Of a DNA stretch of 54,904 nucleotides, positions 47,809 to 54,904 are shown piece after piece (position 1 is the stretch's first letter; each line of letters opens with the position of its first letter). The DNA is taken from the IMG/VR virus record IMGVR_UViG_3300036846_000162, positions 1 to 54,904 of that record, one strand, 5' to 3'. Below the pieces are notes generated by a model. It ran no database searches. It saw only the letters and a program-made list of their open reading frames with translations, and had not been told where the DNA came from. The position numbers and the translations under genes are program-made. The stretch comes from a virus. Lineage: Duplodnaviria; Caudoviricetes.

Positions 47809-48300
47809 CTATTTTATTGCATTTAATTGTGCATCACTTCCATGCAGTTCTAATGCTTTATTATTGTATGCTATTGCAGCTTCTACTTCTGAATTAAACA
47901 TACCTAGATAATGATACTTTTTATTAAAGTGTATTTGAGCTATCCATTTATTACCTGACTTATACACTCCTCTATAAATAGAGCTAGTTCCATCTCTTTT
48001 AGCTCTATTTATTTTATTCTGTGATGAAGTAGCTATTCTAAGATTACTCTTTTGATTGTTTAAGCCGTCTCTATCTATATGATCTACTTCTTCTGTAGAG
48101 TCAATAACTCTCATGATCTGTCTATGCATTCTAATCCTTGAAGGATAACCTATTTTTACTTCCTCTTCTGTAGCTACTCTTATTGCATATACATTATCAT
48201 TGAATCTTGTTAAGTACCATATGGACTGCTCTAGTTCTATATAATCCTCATCGTCTACTATCACTATTCCTCTTCTATTAGCTAATTCTATCTCTTTCAT
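47809..48300 (-). CDS. HNH endonuclease with AP2 domain (paralog of 26440-26982)
   Basis: VDDEDY, MHRQI, VDHIDRDGLNNQKSNLR, SIYRGVY..KWIAQI..LGMFNSEVEAAIAYN. Confidence 0.9.
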   Translation of the reverse strand: MKEIELANRRGIVIVDDEDYIELEQSIWYLTRFNDNVYAIRVATEEEVKIGYPSRIRMHRQIMRVIDSTEEVDHIDRDGLNNQKSNLRIATSSQNKINRAKRDGTSSIYRGVYKSGNKWIAQIHFNKKYHYLGMFNSEVEAAIAYNNKALELHGSDAQLNAIK

Positions 48301-48318
48301 AATTTTTACTTTAGTAAG

Positions 48319-48346
48319 AAAGGCACCCTTTAACAGGTGCCTTTTT
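48319..48346. terminator. Hairpin terminator, possibly bidirectional
   Basis: AAAGGCACC/GGTGCCTTT stem with flanking A/T runs. Confidence 0.6.
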
Positions 48347-48370
48347 GCTATGGATATATGACTGACAGAA

Positions 48371-48541
48371 CTACTTGTTCTTGCTGAAGGCTGCTAATAC
48401 TAATCCTCCTACTATCAATGCTAATCCTCCTACTACTATGAAAGCTATTGTCTTAGCCGCTTTCTCTGCTACTTCTGTGTTCCCTACTACTAATGATACT
48501 ATTACTACTACCACTAATACGAACATTGTCAATCTAATCAT
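48371..48541 (-). CDS. Small two-TM membrane protein (56 aa, not in ORF track)
   Basis: MIRLTMFVLVVVVIVSLVVGNTEVAEKAAKTIAFIVVGGLALIVGGLVLAAFSKNK. Confidence 0.6.
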   Translation of the reverse strand: MIRLTMFVLVVVVIVSLVVGNTEVAEKAAKTIAFIVVGGLALIVGGLVLAAFSKNK

Positions 48542-48557
48542 TACTGCTTATTTTTGG

Positions 48558-49241
48558 TTATAAATGAACTTGTGTCTTGAACTCCGGTCTTATTCGCATA
48601 TCAGGTGTAACCCAGTCTCTTAAACCTATCCTACCATCCACCTTTACTAATACACCACTCTTTTTTCCTTCCTCTGATGATTTACAGTTGGATGCCCAAC
48701 AGTTATTAATGATTCCCCATCTGATATAACCTGGTCGCCACTCTCTTCCTAACTCTTTAAACTTAGCCTCAACATCATAGGTATCTAGTACCTTTTCAAA
48801 TAGGTCTTCTGGCTTAATGAATTTCTTCTCGATATCCAATATCTCTGCTGCATGTTCTGTCCACTGTACTCTACCCTCAGCTTTAGGATTACCTCCATGA
48901 GTTAATTTCTTCTTCTCTCTCGGCTTCATATCATTATGTGACTCCGCTCTTAATATTCTCATACCCTTTTCCATAGGTATGCCATGCTTCACTTTGCTAT
49001 ACACTTCTAACATTAACTTATCTGCTGCTACTCTATCTACTAGCATATCGTGGTCTTTCTTAAGAGTTAAATATGCCTCATAATAGTCCTTTAATGTAGG
49101 AGCTAATTCTGAGATCTTTTTCATGTTATCGTTAATCCTTGTTTGAGCCTCTTCAATCAGATAGGCTGATTGAGAGTCTGTAAGAGTCTTTATTTTTGAC
49201 TCTTGTGGGGGTAATAATAACCCATTTGTTTTCTGTTGCAT
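48558..49241 (-). CDS. Hypothetical protein (coiled coil plus possible winged helix)
   Basis: 227-aa ORF. Confidence 0.6.
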   Translation of the reverse strand: MQQKTNGLLLPPQESKIKTLTDSQSAYLIEEAQTRINDNMKKISELAPTLKDYYEAYLTLKKDHDMLVDRVAADKLMLEVYSKVKHGIPMEKGMRILRAESHNDMKPREKKKLTHGGNPKAEGRVQWTEHAAEILDIEKKFIKPEDLFEKVLDTYDVEAKFKELGREWRPGYIRWGIINNCWASNCKSSEEGKKSGVLVKVDGRIGLRDWVTPDMRIRPEFKTQVHL

Positions 49242-49258
49242 ATAGTCCTTATTTTAAT

Positions 49259-49480
49259 TTACTTTGTAGGCTTACTATATATGAAGTATTTATCTGTGTG
49301 ATACAAATATACAGTATCATTCTGTCTTATTGCTATCATTTTGATAAATGAATCAGTAGGTGCTCTATCCAAATCTGCAGGATAGTCAATAAATATAGTA
49401 CGCTGCTTATTCCTAAAGCCTGCTGCTACTATTGTTACTGCTATTAGTCCTAATGCTATTACTAATGTTGTCTTTCTCAT
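49259..49480 (-). CDS. Small secreted/membrane protein
   Basis: Signal-like N-terminus; downstream of motif copy 5. Confidence 0.6.
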   Translation of the reverse strand: MRKTTLVIALGLIAVTIVAAGFRNKQRTIFIDYPADLDRAPTDSFIKMIAIRQNDTVYLYHTDKYFIYSKPTK

Positions 49481-49520
49481 TTTCTTTGTTTGTTGGTTTG
49501 TATGTTATTGTGTTCCTTGA

Positions 49521-49538
49521 TTAGGGGGGGTTGACAGG
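49521..49538 (-). promoter_or_regulatory. Conserved 18-bp motif, copy 5
   Basis: + strand TTAGGGGGGGTTGACAGG. Confidence 0.7.
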
Positions 49539-49643
49539 ATATGCTCTCAGGGTGGCAAATATTGAGGGGCAGAGAACTACCCCTCGTAATTGTGTCTAAG
49601 AATGGAATTTCCATCTTAACAGAATATGCCAACAAAAAAGAAC

Positions 49644-50198
49644 TTATGCTGCTATTTCTAATGGATTTATCCTTACTATCTCTTTGCCTATACTCTCTGC
49701 ATACCTTATACAGTTGGCTGTACCTCCGCCTGTACCATCCCATACTGCTATAAGCCTATCACAGTTATTGACCATCCACTCATTACGCTTTTGCATTTTA
49801 TGACCACTGAACTCTGTTCTAGGCTCTGATAAGAACTTACCTACATTGATATCCTCAAATACCTTGCCAGTATCTGTGCATACTATCTTACTTGCTAACT
49901 TTAACAAGCTGTAGTACTCATCTATACTGCTTTGTACCCATCTATTCTCCTGTCCTCTAAAAGGTACTGCTGCTATAAATGGTATGTGTAACTCTACAGC
50001 TATTCTTGCAAATAGTGTATCTATACCTAAAGCCATGCCGGTAATAAGACGTAGTTCTTCATTCTTTTCCATACATTCTACTGCATATATTTCCACTATG
50101 CTCTTTATCTCTTCCTTAATAGCTATTATTAATGGGCTAATTAGGTTATAGTCATTACCTAACTTATTAGGACGGTGTCCTGTGATTGCGATCTTCAT
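49644..50198 (-). CDS. SLOG superfamily protein, YspA/DUF1273-like
   Basis: MKIAITGHRP, ITGMALGID, AVPF, RNEWMV...AVWDG.GGGTANC. Confidence 0.85.
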   Translation of the reverse strand: MKIAITGHRPNKLGNDYNLISPLIIAIKEEIKSIVEIYAVECMEKNEELRLITGMALGIDTLFARIAVELHIPFIAAVPFRGQENRWVQSSIDEYYSLLKLASKIVCTDTGKVFEDINVGKFLSEPRTEFSGHKMQKRNEWMVNNCDRLIAVWDGTGGGTANCIRYAESIGKEIVRINPLEIAA

Positions 50199-50230
50199 AT
50201 ATCTGTTTATATTGGTTACAAAATAAATTT

Positions 50231-50857
50231 CAATGTATATAAGCGCATCTCCACTGCTTTGCTGTAAGGGTGTCTTACATCAGTCAGAGTATATACATCG
50301 GGAAATACTCGCCACTACCCTTAGCAGGAGGCGACAGTATCTATCCCATTAACATAGGGTGCTAACTGCCTGTTTATATAGTAACCCTAACCATATTTAT
50401 CAGGACTTGTTTGTGCTCTTTATTCCTTAGCATTAGTTGTAGCCACCTATTCAGTATGTTGACCTGACTAGTTAAGACTTCTTTGCAACAGCTACAACTT
50501 TATGCTTTGGAAACTATCTACCATGCCAGTACATGTTACAGAGGTTCTTTTAATCACTCTCAGAGTGCCCTCATATAGACAATAGTAAAAGGATGGGGTG
50601 CATTGCTCATAACCTAACCCCGTTATGTACTACCCCACCCTAATAAGTATAACCAGTAGATTGTTATATCATGTTTTCTTCCATACTCATGAGGTACAGA
50701 TTGTTTCTTGTTTTCTTCCACTGGTTAATGCGGTTAGTAACTGGTCTTGTGGTTAGCTAATGATGTTGCTATAGCCAAACGTGTGCATACGATAGTTCTC
50801 TCCTCAACATCTGGGTTTTCCTACCATGCGTTCATCTCCAGAGTTTCCAGTTACTAA
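50231..50857 (-). ncRNA. Candidate structured RNA / tandem hairpin array
   Basis: ORF-free tract tiled by about 8 consecutive long imperfect stem-loops; + strand A-C mismatches convert to G-U pairs on the - strand. Confidence 0.5.
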
Positions 50858-50862
50858 TAAGT

Positions 50863-51189
50863 TTAAGATACTCCTTCATCTTCTTCTGGTATACCTGGAA
50901 ATGGTGGTACGAGTGGGTCAATTCCTCCACCATACACATCATTGTACAGGCTTTGTATATCAGTGGTTAGCTGATTAGCTCTGTCTGTCATCTCTTTAGC
51001 ATAGTCATGACTGGCATCCTGAAACTTAAGGGCTGCTGCTTTTACTTCAGGATATACTTCAGCATAATCATTTGCTGCATCTACTACAGCACCTTTATAG
51101 GTATCTGTGTAAGTACCTGCATCTGTCCTGAATCCATCCATCAGATCTTTTAGTCCATCTGTGAACTTCTGTGCTTGGTCTAGTGACAT
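50863..51189 (-). CDS. Acidic helical hypothetical protein
   Basis: 108 aa, Asp/Glu-rich, Pro-rich tail. Confidence 0.65.
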   Translation of the reverse strand: MSLDQAQKFTDGLKDLMDGFRTDAGTYTDTYKGAVVDAANDYAEVYPEVKAAALKFQDASHDYAKEMTDRANQLTTDIQSLYNDVYGGGIDPLVPPFPGIPEEDEGVS

Positions 51190-51224
51190 ATAGTTAATTT
51201 TAAATTGTGAGCTACAAAGATAAG

Positions 51225-51515
51225 CTATCTTTGGCTTGCAACAAATTTATTTATAGTATCATTGTCAATGAGTATCCAATCTCCGTTTCTTATACCCCAG
51301 GTTATCTTCTCACCTGCTCTGGCTCTTTGTGCAAATCTGCTTGTCTTGGTCTTATTCTGCTCCATAAACTTGATTACTTCATCTCCATCCTTATAGAATG
51401 TAGACCTACAGCCATTAGCTCCTGTTGTTATGTTGAGCTGCTGCTTATTGACTGTGAGTGAAGTTACTGATGCATCATGTAATGCATTGTGGATTGTGAT
51501 ATATTCCTGTTTCAT
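51225..51515 (-). CDS. Hypothetical protein
   Basis: ATGA-coupled ORF. Confidence 0.6.
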   Translation of the reverse strand: MKQEYITIHNALHDASVTSLTVNKQQLNITTGANGCRSTFYKDGDEVIKFMEQNKTKTSRFAQRARAGEKITWGIRNGDWILIDNDTINKFVASQR

Positions 51516-51751
51516 ATTGTTGTTTTTAGTTTTATTACTCTGAATCCATATAAGTATCTACTATTAGGCTGTTTAATCAGTGCATCTATATAGCTACTTC
51601 TTCCTTTTTTATCTGTATAATCTAAGCCTATTTTTGCTACTTCTATATCTCCTCTCATTATGCCTAGCTTCCTCTTAACTCTAGCCCTTTTAACTGTTAT
51701 AGTATCACCTACTTTCATTGGTCTGGTAGTACTAGGTTTATAGTGAAACAT
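51512..51751 (-). CDS. Small basic hypothetical protein
   Basis: About 26 nt downstream of motif copy 6. Confidence 0.6.
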   Translation of the reverse strand: MFHYKPSTTRPMKVGDTITVKRARVKRKLGIMRGDIEVAKIGLDYTDKKGRSSYIDALIKQPNSRYLYGFRVIKLKTTI

Positions 51752-51776
51752 ATAAATACTTTTAATTGTTCCATAA

Positions 51777-51794
51777 TGAGGGGGGGTTGATAGG
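51777..51794 (-). promoter_or_regulatory. Conserved 18-bp motif, copy 6
   Basis: + strand TGAGGGGGGGTTGATAGG. Confidence 0.7.
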
Positions 51795-51842
51795 TATTGC
51801 TAGTTGTAATGCAATAGCAGTTTTACCTGCTATTGCTATTTA

Positions 51843-52139
51843 CTACTGCTCACCTACTCTCTTGGCTAATGCCTCACCTTCCTCTGCTACTTTATCAACA
51901 AACAATCTTGTTTCTACAAACTCCATAGATATATCTACAAGTTTGCCTATGGTATCGGCTCTTTCCAATTCATCTACTAACTGTTCTCTGATAGTACCTA
52001 AAGTGGCACTAGATAATGAATTAAGAGCTACCTTAATAAGCCTGTCATAGAAGTTCTGTTCAACCTCTACTATTTGGGTTCCTTTCTGTTGACCCATTGC
52101 TTCGCTTAATGCTGCATGTAATGTTGTGTTGCTGGACAT
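51843..52139 (-). CDS. Hypothetical protein
   Basis: 98-aa helical ORF. Confidence 0.6.
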   Translation of the reverse strand: MSSNTTLHAALSEAMGQQKGTQIVEVEQNFYDRLIKVALNSLSSATLGTIREQLVDELERADTIGKLVDISMEFVETRLFVDKVAEEGEALAKRVGEQ

Positions 52140-52168
52140 ACTGTTGTTTTATTTGTTTAAACGGTTAT

Positions 52169-52612
52169 TTAATTTTGTTTACTGCCATCACTACAGATAG
52201 CATCAAAGATATAGCTTCCAATGCTCTCAGGTATTACATCTGCATACACAACATAATCGCTGTAATCATCTGAATTGATTATATTACCCTTAGAATCTCT
52301 TACTGCCATAGCCCTAATGCCTATTGTTTGATCACTGCATTTAATTGAGTACTTTATTAGGTGTATTACATTGTAGTATATCCTACCTTTATGGACATAC
52401 TTAGATTCCAGTTCTTTAAACCAGCAGTCTTTGGTCTCTCCATTGTCTATGACTCCGCCATCCTGCATATAGTACTTATCTGCACCATCTAAAGTCTGTG
52501 TTACAGCAGTCCATCCATCACCTGGTTCTCTGTCGGCTGTCCTTGTTTGAGCCTGTATCGTAGTGCTATACGCTAATAGTACTGCTACTATTAAAATGAT
52601 TGCTCTTTTCAT
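52169..52612 (-). CDS. Secreted protein, surface-adhesin E-like fold
   Basis: Signal peptide; YSIKC...VIPESIG...AIC pattern. Confidence 0.55.
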   Translation of the reverse strand: MKRAIILIVAVLLAYSTTIQAQTRTADREPGDGWTAVTQTLDGADKYYMQDGGVIDNGETKDCWFKELESKYVHKGRIYYNVIHLIKYSIKCSDQTIGIRAMAVRDSKGNIINSDDYSDYVVYADVIPESIGSYIFDAICSDGSKQN

Positions 52613-52615
52613 TGT

Positions 52616-52801
52616 TTATATTTTATAGTGAATGTATACTGTGTACCTGTCCTCATCTACTGTGCTAATAGCGTGAGTATAAGAGATGCTGATAATCTCA
52701 AGGCTACGCATATGCTTTATTTGCATTGCATCTAACCAATCATTGATATATTCTTGCAACTCTCTTAAACTCACACTATTCATTAGTTCTACCTTGTTCA
52801 T
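52616..52801 (-). CDS. Small hypothetical protein
   Basis: ATGA-coupled; LQEYINDWL pattern. Confidence 0.55.
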   Translation of the reverse strand: MNKVELMNSVSLRELQEYINDWLDAMQIKHMRSLEIISISYTHAISTVDEDRYTVYIHYKI

Positions 52802-53091
52802 AGATTATCTCTTATTATTGCCTCTGTAATAGAGTCTTTAGAGAATGTTCCCTTCTTAGGCATAGGAAATACTTCTACAAGCCTTTCTTCTGTCCTAAGA
52901 TATAGACTGTCATTATCTACATCTATTTGATAGTCACCTAATAGGCTATCCCAATGGTTATCTACATCTTCAACCTTATCACCTTCACACTCCATAGTAT
53001 TGGTGAGCTTGTTAACTTGTACTGATAGTGTAGCTGATGTAATGGTTAATGCTACTACTAATACTGATAATACTACTAATACCGCTTTCAT
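52798..53091 (-). CDS. Membrane-anchored/secreted hypothetical protein
   Basis: Start reassigned to MKAVLVVLSVLVVALT (signal-like). Confidence 0.6.
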   Translation of the reverse strand: MKAVLVVLSVLVVALTITSATLSVQVNKLTNTMECEGDKVEDVDNHWDSLLGDYQIDVDNDSLYLRTEERLVEVFPMPKKGTFSKDSITEAIIRDNL

Positions 53092-53176
53092 TATGTTTAT
53101 TTTGTTGGTTACTGTGTAAACACCTACCAAAGCCCCTACTACCGAGAATACGGATAGTGAGGCTTGGTGATTAGTG

Positions 53177-53252
53177 TGCATTGTTGTTCACCTTATGCTA
53201 ATGAACACTGTTTCAGCCAGTGTCAGACTGCATTGTTGTTGCCCTTATGCTA
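53177..53252. repeat. 24-bp direct repeat pair, period 52
   Basis: TGCATTGTTGTTCACCTTATGCTA (53177-53200) vs TGCATTGTTGTTGCCCTTATGCTA (53229-53252), 22/24 identical. Confidence 0.8.
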
Positions 53253-53452
53253 TGCCCACTGTGATGATACATCGCATCACTCCGGCTCATACTCAGAGAT
53301 TGTGGTTGTTGCCTCTAGTATGCTGACTAACCTAAGTATTACAATACTCCACTTACCTACGATGAGAGGTGCACTTCATCTATAAGTTTTAAAACGCTTC
53401 TCTGCAAGTAATACATTAGGTCTTATTAGTCAGTTTTGGTTGCTGCCCAAAA

Positions 53453-53470
53453 TAAGGGGGGGTTGAAAGG
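53453..53470 (-). promoter_or_regulatory. Conserved 18-bp motif, copy 7
   Basis: + strand TAAGGGGGGGTTGAAAGG. Confidence 0.7.
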
Positions 53471-53529
53471 ATGTGCTAATATCAAATAGTAATATGATTG
53501 TTACATCATACTACTAAGCGATAGAACTA

Positions 53530-53793
53530 TTAATCAACCTTTAAATACTTTTTATAAGGTCTGTTAGTGGACTTGGAAACTGTCCATACATATAACTTAC
53601 CTTTTAAGGTCTTGTAAACAGGTAATGATTTACCGTTGATATCATTGAACTTGTAGGTCGTAGTTGAATCCCAAGTTGGTCTGTTTTCAACGATAGTATT
53701 ACCAACTAACTTATATTTGTTGCTTGTTGGTGTTTGTGCTGATGATATAATGGCTATTGTTAATGCCAATAATAATAAGATAGTTAATTTCAT
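53530..53793 (-). CDS. Small secreted protein
   Basis: Signal peptide MKLTILLLLALTIAIISSAQ. Confidence 0.65.
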   Translation of the reverse strand: MKLTILLLLALTIAIISSAQTPTSNKYKLVGNTIVENRPTWDSTTTYKFNDINGKSLPVYKTLKGKLYVWTVSKSTNRPYKKYLKVD

Positions 53794-53833
53794 GTTGTTT
53801 GTCGCTTTTATATATTGTGATAATAAAGATAGT

Positions 53834-53869
53834 AAAAAACACTGGTAGTAATCCCTTACTACCAGTGTT
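53834..53869 (-). terminator. Intrinsic terminator
   Basis: Perfect 14-bp stem AACACTGGTAGTAA/TTACTACCAGTGTT with A-run. Confidence 0.75.
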
Positions 53870-53912
53870 GAAGATCGTGCTGTAAACCAAGACTGTAAAC
53901 GTCTATAGTCCT

Positions 53913-54155
53913 CTACAAAGAGAACTTCACGTCCAGTGGTTTCACATTCACTATACAGCCGTCAGTGAACTTATCTTCTTCGTACATATACCTAACAGGT
54001 AATGCTGGATTGAGATCCTGCTGTACTTTAGAGGTTCCTTTAGCATGAATAGCAAATGTAGTACCCTTTGCAGGGTTACTTACAACGTCAATCTTATCTA
54101 TGCCTAACTCAGCTTTAAACTGGTCAAGCGTGATAAATTTCATCTGTTGTGTCAT
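53913..54155 (-). CDS. Small hypothetical protein (paralog of 54411-54656)
   Basis: Start reassigned to MTQQMKF by alignment with its paralog. Confidence 0.7.
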   Translation of the reverse strand: MTQQMKFITLDQFKAELGIDKIDVVSNPAKGTTFAIHAKGTSKVQQDLNPALPVRYMYEEDKFTDGCIVNVKPLDVKFSL

Positions 54156-54227
54156 ACATCTGATATTTATAAACCCATGATTCGCTACTCTGTATCTATA
54201 CACAGTAACTAGCAATATCGCTCTAAA

Positions 54228-54245
54228 TTAGGGGGGGTTGAAAGG
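54228..54245 (-). promoter_or_regulatory. Conserved 18-bp motif, copy 8
   Basis: + strand TTAGGGGGGGTTGAAAGG. Confidence 0.7.
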
Positions 54246-54371
54246 TGATGCCTTTTTGTATATGATATATCATAAAATAAGGGGTTGTTGATAGTATTTT
54301 AATGTACTCTTAAGGTGGGTTGCTAGGTAGGCAATGTATTAAGGGGATGTTGATGGGCAGGCTTAAAAGGT

Positions 54372-54404
54372 AAAAAAAAGAGTACTGACCGAAATCAGTA
54401 CTCT
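54372..54404 (-). terminator. Intrinsic terminator with UUCG-type loop
   Basis: AGAGTACTGA/TCAGTACTCT stem, loop TTTCGG on the - strand, A8 run. Confidence 0.8.
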
Positions 54405-54410
54405 AGCCGC

Positions 54411-54656
54411 TTACAAGCTGAACTTAACTTGCAGAGGCTTTACATTAACGAAGCACCCCTTCTCGAAGCCCTCGGTCTCGCTATACATGAAGCGTACCGG
54501 CTCGCTAACAGTTAGGGTAGCCTGAGCTTTATAGGTCTTGCCACCGCATATGGCAAATAACTTGGTAGGGTCTTTGAATGTGAAGTCAATAGCTTGCCCA
54601 ACAGTGTTGGTTACAGACTTGAATGCATCTACCGTAAGAAATGTGAACTGTGACAT
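54411..54656 (-). CDS. Small hypothetical protein
   Basis: 81 aa; ends GCFVNVKPLQVKFSL like its paralog. Confidence 0.7.
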   Translation of the reverse strand: MSQFTFLTVDAFKSVTNTVGQAIDFTFKDPTKLFAICGGKTYKAQATLTVSEPVRFMYSETEGFEKGCFVNVKPLQVKFSL

Positions 54657-54904
54657 GATTAATAGTTGATACTAGTTTTAGTTTGAAAGTATCAAGAGCT
54701 AAGGTGGGTTGCCAGGCACAGCAGCTAGCATTATTAAAGGCTGGCTAAAAAGGAGGGTGTCACACTCGCTGGCGGCGGGGTGTTTTGTTTCCGAAGTTTG
54801 GTCGTGCCCACTTTGGGTCTGGACTGTGCCTTTATCTCCTCCCAAAAATTTTAAAAAAATTATGTACACCTTCCTTCCTATGTTCATTTTAATTTGAACT
54901 TTCA

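Noticed and set aside
49477-49743. 88-aa - strand ORF
   Set aside because: Overlaps the SLOG gene out of frame and runs through motif copy 5; likely spurious.
50199-50862. tRNA gene cluster
   Set aside because: No T-loop GTTCRA/cloverleaf pattern recognised on either strand; tRNAscan-SE or ARAGORN would settle it.
53177-53330. Mini CRISPR array
   Set aside because: Only two good 24-bp copies plus a degenerate third, self-complementary spacers of unequal length, and no cas genes in the window.
19465-54897. + strand ORFs opposite the - strand genes, including those containing 'GGLIG' (45716, 51766)
   Set aside because: Shadow ORFs; GGLIG is just the translation of the DNA motif GGGGGGTTGATAGG.
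54699-54897. Overlapping 62-aa ORFs on both strands at the window end
   Set aside because: Atypical composition, no initiation signal, and they overlap a motif variant; likely non-coding.
1-54904. Genome-wide stop-codon reassignment (TAG=Gln or TGA=Trp) as in some crAss-like phages
   Set aside because: Long genes are intact in the standard code and TAG/TGA end genes at normal overlaps; only two isolated local cases were seen.

Overview
Fragment of a crAss-like (Crassvirales-type) phage genome, probably infecting a Bacteroidota host and read in the standard genetic code. The + strand (1-17597) carries two giant virion cargo genes: a 5'-truncated >4180-aa polyprotein with a two-barrel RNA polymerase motif (DFDVD) and a zincin HExxH motif, and a 1640-aa protein with membrane segments. 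From 17527 to the end almost all genes lie on the - strand. They include a replication/recombination module (family A DNA polymerase, primase, DnaB-like, SF2 and Dda-like helicases, AAA ATPase, SSB-like, RecE-like nuclease, RusA-like resolvase, UNG), rIIA-like, amidoligase, SLOG and two HNH-AP2 genes, and many small hypothetical genes. The most notable unexplained structure is: (i) an 18-bp motif, CCTATCAACCCCCCCTAA on the - strand, repeated 8 times upstream of - strand genes (candidate phage RNAP promoter); (ii) a ~1.1-kb gene-free island at 46.7-47.8 kb with a symmetric inverted repeat and a counter-oriented, host-promoter/boxA-led, highly structured RNA candidate; (iii) a ~630-nt tract tiled with back-to-back long hairpins at 50.2-50.9 kb; (iv) a recurring LSP[ST][VI] peptide motif at linker positions of the cargo proteins (candidate processing sites); (v) frequent strong Shine-Dalgarno sites in an apparent Bacteroidota phage. 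All calls are by eye from motifs; no database searches or folding computations were run.
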